A stretch of 64,000 nt of DNA from Candidatus Firestoneibacteriota bacterium. GTDB taxonomy: Bacteria > Oederibacteriota > D2-FULL-39-29 > CAIOVX01. Numbering within the stretch: the first letter of the stretch is position 1; each line of letters starts with the position of its first letter. Of this stretch, positions 38,493-48,096 are shown piece after piece. The translations under genes and the position numbers were made by a program. Below the pieces are notes generated by a model. The model saw only the letters and a list, made by a program, of their open reading frames with translations. It was not told where the DNA came from and ran no database searches. The stretch lies in the NCBI GenBank assembly GCA_903861835.1, contig CAIOVX010000091.1, forward strand, positions 47,610 to 111,609. Reading direction: 5' to 3'.

Positions 38493-39590
38493 TTATCTTT
38501 TTCCTTTCGGGGTGAATACCGGCTCAGCAGTTCTGAAAATACACCCCGTGTCGGCTTTAATGTCAATCACCGTGCAATACATCCTGCCGTCGACGGGATT
38601 ATAGGCAAGCCAGCTGGCCCTGTATTGAGGGGGAATGCCGTCTGTAAAAGCGCTCCAGGTACTCCCGCCGTCAGTCGACCTGGCAAAAACAGGCGTCTTT
38701 AGCCAGTCAACGCCGTTACCCGCATACAAGTACCCGTTCGGATCCTTTCTTAAAGCGCCCAGACCTTTCGAAGAACAACCTGAATCGTAAACCAGCTGCC
38801 ATGTCGCGCCGCGGTCGTTGGTCCTGTAAACACCCTGTATCATCTGATAGAACACATCTCCCTTGTCGTTGAACGCGATGTGCATCGCATCTGCTATCTG
38901 CGACCTTAATCCGGTCTTGGTCGGCACATGCTTCCAGGATCGCCCATTGTCAGTTGAAATAAAAACACTATTGCCGTCCACTTCAGACCCCATCCAGCAA
39001 TCGCCGGTAACCGGATTATATCCAAAACAGAACTCTGCCTGCCCGTGACCGATGCCTTCTCCGGCAAGCGAGCAGGAAACTCCGTGATCCGAGGAATAAT
39101 ACGGCCCCTCTCCCCAGCAAACGCCGAACAAAATATCTCCGTTGGGGAGAAAACCGGCGCCGTCAATGGCAGTGCGCGGATGCCCCCCCTTGAAGCCTTC
39201 GATCTTATTCCAGTTCCTGCCGCCGTCAACGGAACGGTAATAATAGGATACATTCTTTTTGGGAACGGTGCAGTCTATCTGGGACGCAATCAGGTATCCC
39301 GTATTCGGGTCGGCCTGGATGGTTGAAGCATGCCATTTATTGCCGGGATTTACGGCAAGGCCTGAGCCGTTAATGGAGGTCCAGGTCTTTCCGAAATCTT
39401 TGGAAACAAAAAAACCTGCTTCGGAGGAACAGGTGTAGAGATTACCCGAGACGTCGCATTCAATGCATCTTGTTTTCTTAACGCCGCCGGGAGCAGTCAC
39501 AGGCTCCCAGATGGCCGCTTTCACGAATAAAGCCGTGAATACAAACAGCATTACAAGTATCGCTCTAGGAATCACCATAAGATTTTTCAT
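38493..39590 (-). CDS. Secreted BNR/Asp-box repeat protein (sialidase-like beta-propeller)
   Basis: Signal peptide and at least 5 Asp-box repeats of the SxDxGxTW form (SKDFGKTW, SVDGGRNW, STDNGRSW, TNDRGATW, STDGGSTW). Confidence 0.7.
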   Translation of the reverse strand: MKNLMVIPRAILVMLFVFTALFVKAAIWEPVTAPGGVKKTRCIECDVSGNLYTCSSEAGFFVSKDFGKTWTSINGSGLAVNPGNKWHASTIQADPNTGYLIASQIDCTVPKKNVSYYYRSVDGGRNWNKIEGFKGGHPRTAIDGAGFLPNGDILFGVCWGEGPYYSSDHGVSCSLAGEGIGHGQAEFCFGYNPVTGDCWMGSEVDGNSVFISTDNGRSWKHVPTKTGLRSQIADAMHIAFNDKGDVFYQMIQGVYRTNDRGATWQLVYDSGCSSKGLGALRKDPNGYLYAGNGVDWLKTPVFARSTDGGSTWSAFTDGIPPQYRASWLAYNPVDGRMYCTVIDIKADTGCIFRTAEPVFTPKGKR

Positions 39591-39600
39591 TCAGCTCCGG

Positions 39601-39785
39601 GATATAGTTAAGACCTTAAGCTTCTGCCCTTCTGTCTTCCGTCTTCAGTCTTCTTCCTCCATCCACGCAGGCCCTTAACCATCTAACCATCCAACCATCC
39701 AACCCTCCAACCCTCCAACCCTCTAACCTTCCAACCATCCAACCCTCCAACCCTCCAACCCTCCAACCCTCTAACCTTCCAACCC
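39601..39785. repeat. Composite tandem-repeat element, copy 2: a 7-mer array, the core catccacgcaggcccttaaccatc, and an 8-mer array (ccaaccct / ccaaccat, about 14 units)
   Basis: It fills the whole spacer between the heparinase-like stop at 39786 and the BNR gene start at 39590. Confidence 0.8.
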
Positions 39786-41789
39786 TCATTTCTCAAACCT
39801 TCCCGCCACCACCTCATTCTTCATGTCACTCTTAACGCCGTTCACGAGGATATACCCGCCGGTATCTCCTTCAAAGAGCACCTCGTTGCCGTCAATACTC
39901 ACGCCTATGCCCTTGCCTTTCTGTATAAGCACCGGTTTTTTCTCTCCTGCGGTCGACAGCACATTCAGGAATACATCCTCGGCCTTTCCGACGCCGGGCT
40001 TTATCTCCACCCTCCACAAGTCTGCCTCGGGAGTCAGCTTGCTTTCCTTTTCCGGATAATTCTTGCCGCCGTAAGTGTACCCTTCCACCTTGTTTATAAC
40101 CGACTTTTCAGGCAGCAGCGCGTAGCAGTTCAGCGTTCCTTCTCCGTTCTTTACCGCGAATTCAGCGTTCTTTATTTCCGGCTCATTCTTGCAATGCAGC
40201 AGCCAGGTTTTCGCGTAATCCTTGTTCAGCGCCTCAACCCTGTCATAGATCACGAAGATTCCGGGGCGCAAAAACACTATCCGGCGTATATACTTGCTTA
40301 CTTTCCTGGAACTGTAGGCCTTTGTGCAGTCTCCCGTGAGATACATAAAGCCCGGGGTGTTTTCATAAGCGGTTATCTTGCCGCGGGAGAAAGTTTCCTT
40401 TTTGGCTTCCCATTCAGGCAGCGTCCCGACCACAGTCTCCCATTTCTTGGCCTGGCCGCCGTCATTCTCAAGTTCCTTCACGCCGCGGTAATTCTTCCAT
40501 TCCTCTCCCGGCATTAATACGAGCATGCAGTTGTGAGCGACAGTGCGCGTCAGCCAGTTTACCGCGTGAGGAGAACTCCAGGCGATATATTCCCCGCTCT
40601 CGGTCGCCAGCTGTTCTTTGCAGAAAATCTCAAAGTTCCCGGCCTCAAAATGCTGGTGCTGGTTCCAGTAGTCGGAACATTCAAACCTGAACCAGGTTGC
40701 GTCATCACCCCAACCGTCCCTTGCGTAGACCTTCCCGATGTCCTTCGTAATGTGAGCCAGAGGGAAGTCAGACAGGCCTTTGGGGGCGTCAGCAGGCCCT
40801 CCGTACAGAAAATCAAAAGCCCTCGACATCAGGTTAGAACCCGCGCGGTTCTTGCCCGCCGTGTATTTTGAAAGTTCCGAGCCCCCGAAGTATCTCGCGA
40901 TAACATTTCTCATATGGCGCGGGTATTCCCTGGCGCCGCTGTAGATATTTGCCCCGTCGCCTTCCATAGGGTAATTCTCGGCGCCGTAATCGGCGAATCC
41001 CGGATACGGCTGGAGCAGTTCGAAGGCAAGACGCTGATAAAAGAATTTTTGGCATTTCTTGAACCCGTCATAACCCTCTGCCATCCGCGCGAGTTCAAGC
41101 GCCTGTGTCAGGTGCCAGACAGAATGCCTCTGGTACCAGCCGCACTCCGTCCAGCCCCCTCCCGCCCCGTATTTATTGAGGACGGGAATGAGCTTGCTCT
41201 CGTAAAGCTCTAAAATGGCTTTGTCCCTGAAAGTTTTTGCTTTCGGGTTGTCATTCCAGGTCGCGTAGGCAATCCTAAGATAGGTAAGCATTTTTGACAT
41301 CGTAGAATTGTGAAACGCATTCTCGTCGTCGCGGTAGGAATCGTAGGTGGCATTCATCCAGTCAATTATTTTTTTGCGGTTTGAGTCTCCCAGCTCGTTA
41401 TAAAAAAAGTCAAAGACAAAAGCCGCGTTCGTAAGTTCTATCCAGGTATCCTGATGTTTATTGGAAGGACCTTTGTTTACAAGGTTCATCGTTTCGGCAA
41501 TAGTTTTATCTATTTTAGACTTGTCCAACCCCTCTACTGCCTGAGTGATACAGCGGAATTCAAGCGCGCTCGCGTTCCGGATCTCGCCGTAAACCCGCGG
41601 GTTCTCTTTAGCGAGAGCTTTAAGACGCTCTTTTGAGCCATAAAGGATTGGGTGCTTCCCGAGATCCTTAGACCACGCACCTGTCTCCACAACCGGATTT
41701 CCGGCCGGAATTTCCTGGGCAAAGAGCGGTCCGCTGAGAATACAGGCAAACGCGAGAAATTTTAGGACACTCTTAGATTTAAAGAGCAT
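39786..41789 (-). CDS. Heparinase II/III-like polysaccharide lyase family protein
   Basis: Signal peptide. It has an alpha/alpha-toroid N-terminal domain (WYQRHSVWHL...) and a beta-sandwich C-terminus containing the NQHQHFEAGNFEIF motif. 667 aa. Confidence 0.6.
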   Translation of the reverse strand: MLFKSKSVLKFLAFACILSGPLFAQEIPAGNPVVETGAWSKDLGKHPILYGSKERLKALAKENPRVYGEIRNASALEFRCITQAVEGLDKSKIDKTIAETMNLVNKGPSNKHQDTWIELTNAAFVFDFFYNELGDSNRKKIIDWMNATYDSYRDDENAFHNSTMSKMLTYLRIAYATWNDNPKAKTFRDKAILELYESKLIPVLNKYGAGGGWTECGWYQRHSVWHLTQALELARMAEGYDGFKKCQKFFYQRLAFELLQPYPGFADYGAENYPMEGDGANIYSGAREYPRHMRNVIARYFGGSELSKYTAGKNRAGSNLMSRAFDFLYGGPADAPKGLSDFPLAHITKDIGKVYARDGWGDDATWFRFECSDYWNQHQHFEAGNFEIFCKEQLATESGEYIAWSSPHAVNWLTRTVAHNCMLVLMPGEEWKNYRGVKELENDGGQAKKWETVVGTLPEWEAKKETFSRGKITAYENTPGFMYLTGDCTKAYSSRKVSKYIRRIVFLRPGIFVIYDRVEALNKDYAKTWLLHCKNEPEIKNAEFAVKNGEGTLNCYALLPEKSVINKVEGYTYGGKNYPEKESKLTPEADLWRVEIKPGVGKAEDVFLNVLSTAGEKKPVLIQKGKGIGVSIDGNEVLFEGDTGGYILVNGVKSDMKNEVVAGRFEK

Positions 41790-41987
41790 TGAGCCTCCTG
41801 TTTACTATTTACTGTCAAATCTGAACGGCACCGCAGACAGGCCTTCCGAACGGCAAAAAGGTTCCTCCGGTAATCCGCTGGTCACTGCGCCCGCAGTTGT
41901 ACTTTAGGCCTTGTTGCTTGATACAACAATGATACTGGAATGGTCAGCGTCTGCAGCAAAAATAATTTCGGTGTGCAAGCGAAGTCC

Positions 41988-43733
41988 CTACTTTTCCGCT
42001 GCCTCGAGTTCTATTATCTTATTGGCGACTTCCATCTTAAACACTTCCAGTTTCTCAAACGAGATAACCTCCTGCTTTAAAGCCGCGAGCGTGGTCCTGG
42101 TATCGGGTATAAGCGCGCCAAAGGACTCGAGCAGTTTTTTTGCAGCTCCTGCTTTTCCGGCGAGTTCAGGATTGGACTTCGCTTTTTCTATGAGTTGTTC
42201 AAGCGTCACAACATACCGCCGGTCATCAATCCCCTTTCTCATTGCTTCATAATTCACGGACGGCATAATGTCCTCGGTGTCATTTTCGCAAGGCCCGGTC
42301 AGGCACCAGTCAGGATCTCCTCCGTCAAGGTCATTCAAGGGGTCTCCGCTGTATGAATTGAAAGACCACATTTTCAAAGAAGAATAATTATTTTTCCAGG
42401 GAAAGAGCCCCGGCTCAAGCCTTGCGTGCAGAATACTTCCGCTGTCTATCCAGACATTGAGGCTGAGTCTTTTTCCATTGCCCAAGAGAAAAGCCTTGTC
42501 CAATTCCGGCCACAACGCGTAACTCCAGTTCACATCGGTATGTTGCGCGTAAAGCTTGTAAACATCCGGCCCGTTAAGAGTTTCCACGACTGTAACTCCC
42601 TCAATGGTCTTTAGCCACTTGATGAGCGGAGTCAGCTCCCGGCGCCGTTCTTCGCTGTTGCCGGGTTCATCGATTCCAAAATAAAATATTTCCACTTTTT
42701 CGCCGTACTTATCCTTAACCTGCTTGTTAAAGCGCTCTATCATCTTGCGCCCTTCGGAAACAAAGACAGGAGAATGCAATTTTGTTTTCAGCGCCGCGGC
42801 TATCGCATGCGAGAGCGGCTGCGCGTAGATCAAAAAGCTGCCATTCAGCCCTTTACTTAAAGCCAACTCGGCATCTTCTTCAAACCCCTTAAAATCTATT
42901 CCCTCCGCGGACACCTGCAGGTTCCTTAAACCTATATCGTAGCCGTAGACCCCGTGCTCTTTAAGGCTTTTTACGAAATTATCGTTCCTGATATTCGGAT
43001 CATCAAAAAACCACATATTGAATTTCTTCGGGGAAACGAGTTTTATCGGAAGGACTTCTATTTCTACCGGCACGCTTGCCGCCGCGCTGTTCGCCGGAGC
43101 AAACTCTATCGTGCCCTTGTAAAGGCCGGGCTTGGCGTCTTCAGGAATCTTTACGGTTATCCACCACTGGCGCGTCGGGCCGGCCTTTACCGCGCCCCAG
43201 AGTATTTTCTCCCCGGCAGGAATATCCATAGTATCCTTCTTCTCCATAAGCCAGGGGTTCAAACGGAAGATATGCGGACCGGTCCTTTTCGGCATATGCC
43301 AGACAGTCCGAGCTTCAAAGTTCTCAGGACCTATATTGTCCTTCCCGGAAGAAAGGCCGGAAGAGGAAACCTTTGCCGCTTTAAGATCTTTCAAAGGATA
43401 AACCGAGAATGTGAGGGGGATATACTCTCCCGGGCTGCCGAAAGACGCGCATTTCAGCCCGCTCTTTTCGGTAGGCACAGAGTTATGAAATATTTGTGCG
43501 GAATAATCATTGGAGAACAGGATGTAACCCCTTTCCTTCTCCCCGGCGGTTGCCGCTCTTATAGTGTCGTTCGCCTCGCGCACATCTTCTACAAATTTAC
43601 CGGTCTTGAGTATTATCTTTGTGGTTGTGTCCCGATCTTTTCTCTTCTTGTCTATCACTTCCTGTGACACGGCAGCGGAATAAGAAAGGCAGGCGAATGA
43701 CAGCAGAAGCGCGCAGATCAATACTCTTTTCAT
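41988..43733 (-). CDS. Secreted glycoside-hydrolase-like protein, paralog B (possibly GH123/DUF4091-like; contains the adjacent Asp-Glu motif IDEP)
   Basis: Signal peptide. It shares the blocks GLYKGTIEF...VEIEVLPIKL, FGIDEPGNS and GIDDRRYVVTL with the ORFs at 18550 and 46254. Confidence 0.4.
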   Translation of the reverse strand: MKRVLICALLLSFACLSYSAAVSQEVIDKKRKDRDTTTKIILKTGKFVEDVREANDTIRAATAGEKERGYILFSNDYSAQIFHNSVPTEKSGLKCASFGSPGEYIPLTFSVYPLKDLKAAKVSSSGLSSGKDNIGPENFEARTVWHMPKRTGPHIFRLNPWLMEKKDTMDIPAGEKILWGAVKAGPTRQWWITVKIPEDAKPGLYKGTIEFAPANSAAASVPVEIEVLPIKLVSPKKFNMWFFDDPNIRNDNFVKSLKEHGVYGYDIGLRNLQVSAEGIDFKGFEEDAELALSKGLNGSFLIYAQPLSHAIAAALKTKLHSPVFVSEGRKMIERFNKQVKDKYGEKVEIFYFGIDEPGNSEERRRELTPLIKWLKTIEGVTVVETLNGPDVYKLYAQHTDVNWSYALWPELDKAFLLGNGKRLSLNVWIDSGSILHARLEPGLFPWKNNYSSLKMWSFNSYSGDPLNDLDGGDPDWCLTGPCENDTEDIMPSVNYEAMRKGIDDRRYVVTLEQLIEKAKSNPELAGKAGAAKKLLESFGALIPDTRTTLAALKQEVISFEKLEVFKMEVANKIIELEAAEK

Positions 43734-44317
43734 TTCAGCTCCTTTTTGAAAAGAGACACTTTCAGTTTATCGGCATCTACAAGAACAGTTTCCTCGGAGA
43801 ATAGTTTGGCTTCAATTATGCGGGAAGCTCTTATCCAGCACGCTTCCTGAAATGAATCCCCGGACATTACCATCTTACCTTCATATTCCTCGTCTTCCGC
43901 GTATTTCTTAAGCTCCCCGACCCAGAGCGGATTAGGGGCGCCGCCGTCAAGGCTGGCGTAGATTCCGAAGATGGTATTGCCGTCGGATGATATGCCTGCC
44001 GAAATATAATACATAATTTTGTCCTGCGGCCCGAGGCTGTATTGTTTTAGCTCCTTATCCGCCGTATTCAACAGAAAAAGCCGCCCTCTTTTTATGAACA
44101 AAATCTTTGAAAATGCGGCGTCAGCGGTTACGCTCTTGATAAAATCTTCTTCCGCGCCGTCATATAGGGCCGTGGTCTTCCCTGTTGCATTATCCTTCAG
44201 TTCTATTTTGGACCCGCTCGCAATAAGCGTCTTACTGCCGCCGGAGTTCTCCTTCGCCGCTGCAGGCAGCGCCAAAACAGCAGAAAACGCGACAAACAGG
44301 AAAAAACATTTTATCAT
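43730..44317 (-). CDS. Secreted hypothetical protein, co-operonic with paralog B
   Basis: Signal peptide from MIKCFFLFVAF. The start is the ATG at 44317, which has a GGGAG RBS. There is a 4-nt overlap with the downstream gene. No recognisable domain. Confidence 0.4.
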   Translation of the reverse strand: MIKCFFLFVAFSAVLALPAAAKENSGGSKTLIASGSKIELKDNATGKTTALYDGAEEDFIKSVTADAAFSKILFIKRGRLFLLNTADKELKQYSLGPQDKIMYYISAGISSDGNTIFGIYASLDGGAPNPLWVGELKKYAEDEEYEGKMVMSGDSFQEACWIRASRIIEAKLFSEETVLVDADKLKVSLFKKELK

Positions 44318-44395
44318 CCTTATTCTCCCGGCGGGACTGCCCCGCTTAATGAATTTCTTTACGCACAAAAGTATCTTTCTTTAATACTTCCGGAA

Positions 44396-44620
44396 ACACA
44401 CCTTCTGTCCTCCACCTTACTGCGCATCCGCGCATCACTTCTGACTTCTGACTTCAGTCTTCCGTCCTTTGTCTTCCGTATTCAGGCCTCTTCATCCATC
44501 CACGCAGGCTCTTAATCATCCAAACATCCAACCTTCCAACCAGCCGCCATTCTGTCTTCTTGCCTCATCCCTTGCCGGCCCTTAAACATCCAACCCTCCA
44601 ACCCTCTGAACCTCCAAATC
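44396..44620. repeat. Composite tandem-repeat element, copy 3: cttactgcgcatc, a 7-mer array, the core catccatccacgcaggctcttaatcatc, and an 8-mer array
   Basis: It shares the core and both arrays with copies 1 and 2. It lies in the 5' region of the operon at 43730-44317 and 41988. Confidence 0.75.
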
Positions 44621-44996
44621 ATTGTTTCAGCAAATCCCCCATTTCCTTTTGCATTTGCGCGTTGAATTCACCGGCGATACCCACCATAAACTTGATGGAG
44701 ATTATGAGCAGAACAATTCCTATCCAAAACGAGATCCAGACCCAGAGTTTCGCTTTCTTTGAACTGACTTTAGCCTTTTCATGCAAACCAGCATTGAAGA
44801 ATGCATTTACCTTCAGGCCATATATAAAGGAAACAATCCCGGTTGGAATCAGAGAAAGTATCATGAGTACGGAGAGCCAGATGTAGGTTTTGGGTTTTAC
44901 AGGTTTTACGGTAAGATTCAGGAGGTCGCTTCCGCAGTACCGGCACTTGATGGCTTCATCCTGGATCTCTTCAGCGCAATACGGGCACTTCTTCAT
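44619..44996 (-). CDS. Zinc-ribbon membrane protein, hypothetical
   Basis: N-terminal CPYCx12CRYC zinc ribbon, then two TM helices. Confidence 0.4.
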   Translation of the reverse strand: MKKCPYCAEEIQDEAIKCRYCGSDLLNLTVKPVKPKTYIWLSVLMILSLIPTGIVSFIYGLKVNAFFNAGLHEKAKVSSKKAKLWVWISFWIGIVLLIISIKFMVGIAGEFNAQMQKEMGDLLKQ

Positions 44997-45127
44997 TTGG
45001 GCTCCAGAGTTGAAACGGGTCTCCTATTATTGTACCACAATTTCCTCTGGCCGGAAAACTGCGGCAAACATTTATCCTGCAACACATATAGGCGCCCGCG
45101 CGTTTCAGCAAAAGAATCCTCTTCCGT

Positions 45128-46189
45128 TTATTTTTCTGGAGGCCATTTGTGCTCTCTTACCGCCTCGCACATTGCGACATAACCTTCTGCCGGGACGTAA
45201 TCAGGAATGGAATTACCGCAGCCTATCGCCAGTCCGCGGGCGTTTGACGCCGAATCTATTACTTCATTGACATATTTTTTTATCCTGTCAGGGCTTTCAA
45301 GACAGATAATGTTCATATCAATGCCGCCAAAGAGTCCGATTCTGTCTCCGTAAGTATCGGACCATTTCGAGAAAGGAGCTATGGCATCCTCATTTGAATG
45401 CTTCGCGTCTATGCCGGCTACCGATATTATTTCGTCCATAACCTCAAATATGCAACCGCAGGAATGAAGCAGGAAAGGCTTGTTATGCTTGTGAACAAGG
45501 CTTACTATTTTTTTGTACTCCGGTATTACGAGTTCTCTGATATCCGCGGGATCAAGCAGAGGGCCGCTCTTAAACCCCAGGTCGTCCCCGAACCTGCAAA
45601 CCGCGTACGAATCAGAGTGCTTTTCAAGAAACTCGGACCAGATCTTAGAGAGCATCTCGCCGGTTCTAGAAAACAACGCCTTGTACGTTTCAGGGTCATC
45701 CGCCTTCAGGTAAACGAGGTCCGTGTAAGGCACGAAATCCTGAACGCATTCAAAAATCCCGTTTCCGACACCGCCGACGGCTTTCATCCCATCAGGCAAA
45801 GTTTCTTTAAGCGCTTCATAAAACCCAGCCGACTTTTCACGGAACTTCCTAACCGGCTCATTCCAGTCGTAACTCTGCAGGTCCCGCATATTCCGGATAA
45901 GCGGCTTGCCTTTCCCTATAAGCCCCTTCCCGCCCTGAATAAACTCCGTGACGCAGCATTCAAAAGGATAGATATCATACCCCAGTTTTATTGAGCAGGC
46001 GAAAGCGTTGCGGAGGAACTCCTTGATGTCTTGCTTGTCTCCTGAGATAAGGCCGGCAAACTTCTTATTAATAATATTTTCCTGTACTCGGGCGCTTATT
46101 GAGTGGTCATAGATAGGGAGGCGCATCGGCCTTTTATTTCCGGCGGCGTCAAGAATATTTCTGTAATCCGGCGCAAACACTTTTGGCAT
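45128..46189 (-). CDS. Uroporphyrinogen decarboxylase (URO-D)-family protein
   Basis: 353 aa TIM-barrel URO-D-like blocks (FGDDLG...PLL, LHSCG). Its function here is unknown. Confidence 0.5.
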   Translation of the reverse strand: MPKVFAPDYRNILDAAGNKRPMRLPIYDHSISARVQENIINKKFAGLISGDKQDIKEFLRNAFACSIKLGYDIYPFECCVTEFIQGGKGLIGKGKPLIRNMRDLQSYDWNEPVRKFREKSAGFYEALKETLPDGMKAVGGVGNGIFECVQDFVPYTDLVYLKADDPETYKALFSRTGEMLSKIWSEFLEKHSDSYAVCRFGDDLGFKSGPLLDPADIRELVIPEYKKIVSLVHKHNKPFLLHSCGCIFEVMDEIISVAGIDAKHSNEDAIAPFSKWSDTYGDRIGLFGGIDMNIICLESPDRIKKYVNEVIDSASNARGLAIGCGNSIPDYVPAEGYVAMCEAVREHKWPPEK

Positions 46190-46253
46190 ATGGCCTTCTC
46201 CCGGGGACGGTATCGCCTCCCGCGTGTATTATTCAAACCTTTATGGATTTATG

Positions 46254-48035
46254 CTATTTCATATTATCTATCGCAATAATCAACGCGGCCAGCTTCTCCC
46301 TCATTTTGTCAAGTTTTTCGCCGCCGTATTTTTTCAGTGTTTCCTCTCCGACAGTCTCGGCTTCCCTGACATCGCCGTTATCATTTCCAAAAGCGAAAGA
46401 CTTTATGCTCTCGAGGTAGCGCGCCGCGGCTATTACCTCCGGAGCGGTTTTATTCGCGGCATTTTCCACCTTTTTTGACAGCGTGTAGATATATCTAAAA
46501 TCATTCACGCCCTCGGAACTTCTCAGCCATCTTAGAGTAGGGATGTAAGGCCCTTCCTTGGAAAGTATTACGGCGTAGTTTACGGGAAATTGCGCCATTG
46601 TGTTGAACTTGTCCCCGCTAAAATACCAGAACTGAACGTGTCCTTTCGCGCTTAACTGGAATACCTGAAGCCCGAATTGATACCGGCCGTAGCCGTCATT
46701 ATACAGATAGACCATATTACCGTTCTTCAGAGTTTCTCTCGTCAGCTTCTCCGAGAGGGATATGCCGTGGGTCATAATCATAGGAGTCTTTGAGCCCTGC
46801 TGCCAGTAAAGGGCCCTTTTTGTCTTGTCTTCAAACCTCGGCCCTCCGTCGTCTCTTTCATAGGAAGGAAGAGCCGGCAGCCCCGCCGCCGCATGCAGAG
46901 GGAAGAGGTTCTCAAGGTCCCAATAGGTCCTTGCCAGGGGCCTGGCGTTATCAGTGTCAATTTCTCTCGGCTCGTCTATCATTATCTGTATTTCCGGCCA
47001 GCCTCCTTTCTGCATCCTCTCTTTTATTTGAACCAACATATCTTTGTAAGCCTTATTAAAGCGCTGATCATAGTATTTACAGCCCATCCTGTCCACTAAA
47101 TCGTTCGGGAGACCGGTCATTTCTATAATCCATCTCTTATGCCCGTATTTCTTCAACAACTGCGCGTTCTTCTCTATATTGGTGAAGTCAATTTCCACTC
47201 CGGCCGGCGTAAACTTAAGCGCGGAGTTTATTTTGCCGTGCATTACATTCATTCCGCGCTCTTTCAGCTCCATAAGCATCTTCTCTAATGTATTTACGTC
47301 CTTTGAGCCGAAGTCATAATAATTGAATGAACCAAAATAATACTCATCTGAAAAAGTTTCGAATTTCACAGGAAGTACGTTTACTTCAAGCCCCATTTCC
47401 GAAGCCTTCTTGCCGCCTGACACGGAAATTGCGCCCTTGTACTTGCCGGGAACGGCGCCCTCCGGGACTGAGATTATCAGATAAAACAGGCGGGGCGTTT
47501 CTTTAAGGCAAACTGCCTCGTTTGCCGGCACTGCGTATTTCCCCTTACATATCCAGCTGATTCCTTCACGATCATAGTCGTATTTCACGGCATTTACCGA
47601 AATACTCTGCCCGGAAATAACTTTCCCTTCCGACCCGGTCAAATCACCGGCTATTGCCCTTATTTTCGCTATATCTTCAAGCGGATAGACCCCAAGGACT
47701 ACTATCCTTTTCTCGCCGGGAGAGGCCGCGCAGTTTATGCCTCCCTTAAGCATGCTTTTTGACGGAACAAAATTGGGATAAATATCATCGGTGCAATTGG
47801 ATTCAAAAATCGCATAGCCCCTTGACGTATCATTGGCAGAAGGAATAAACTTTTCGGAGAATTCCCTGAAAACTTCATATACTTTTCCGGTGCGCTTCAT
47901 TAATTTCAGCGTGGTCACCGAGTCTTTCGGCATATCAGCCCTGTAAATATCCATGGCCTTCTTCTCAAGATCTTCCTGCCCGAAGAGGGCTGCCGCAAAA
48001 CACAACGCAAGTAAAACAAGAATATTCTTTTTCAT
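46254..48035 (-). CDS. Secreted glycoside-hydrolase-like protein, paralog C (possibly GH123/DUF4091-like; contains the IDEP motif)
   Basis: Signal peptide. It shares the blocks KYKGAISV...LEVNVLPVKF, IMIDEPREID and GVNDFRYIYTL with the ORFs at 18550 and 41988. Confidence 0.4.
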   Translation of the reverse strand: MKKNILVLLALCFAAALFGQEDLEKKAMDIYRADMPKDSVTTLKLMKRTGKVYEVFREFSEKFIPSANDTSRGYAIFESNCTDDIYPNFVPSKSMLKGGINCAASPGEKRIVVLGVYPLEDIAKIRAIAGDLTGSEGKVISGQSISVNAVKYDYDREGISWICKGKYAVPANEAVCLKETPRLFYLIISVPEGAVPGKYKGAISVSGGKKASEMGLEVNVLPVKFETFSDEYYFGSFNYYDFGSKDVNTLEKMLMELKERGMNVMHGKINSALKFTPAGVEIDFTNIEKNAQLLKKYGHKRWIIEMTGLPNDLVDRMGCKYYDQRFNKAYKDMLVQIKERMQKGGWPEIQIMIDEPREIDTDNARPLARTYWDLENLFPLHAAAGLPALPSYERDDGGPRFEDKTKRALYWQQGSKTPMIMTHGISLSEKLTRETLKNGNMVYLYNDGYGRYQFGLQVFQLSAKGHVQFWYFSGDKFNTMAQFPVNYAVILSKEGPYIPTLRWLRSSEGVNDFRYIYTLSKKVENAANKTAPEVIAAARYLESIKSFAFGNDNGDVREAETVGEETLKKYGGEKLDKMREKLAALIIAIDNMK

Positions 48036-48096
48036 AACGCCTCCGAAACAAAAAGAAAGTAATTTTTCGCCTGTGCCGCTTCCGGGACCCGCCGCA

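Noticed and set aside
38221-39785. Possible CRISPR array, given the regular short repeats
   Set aside because: The units are 7-8 bp with no unique spacers and no cas genes. This is simple tandem repetition, not CRISPR.
40194-41213. Several 60-110-aa ORFs on both strands inside the heparinase-like gene
   Set aside because: They are fully contained in the 667-aa CDS with conserved lyase motifs and have no independent support.
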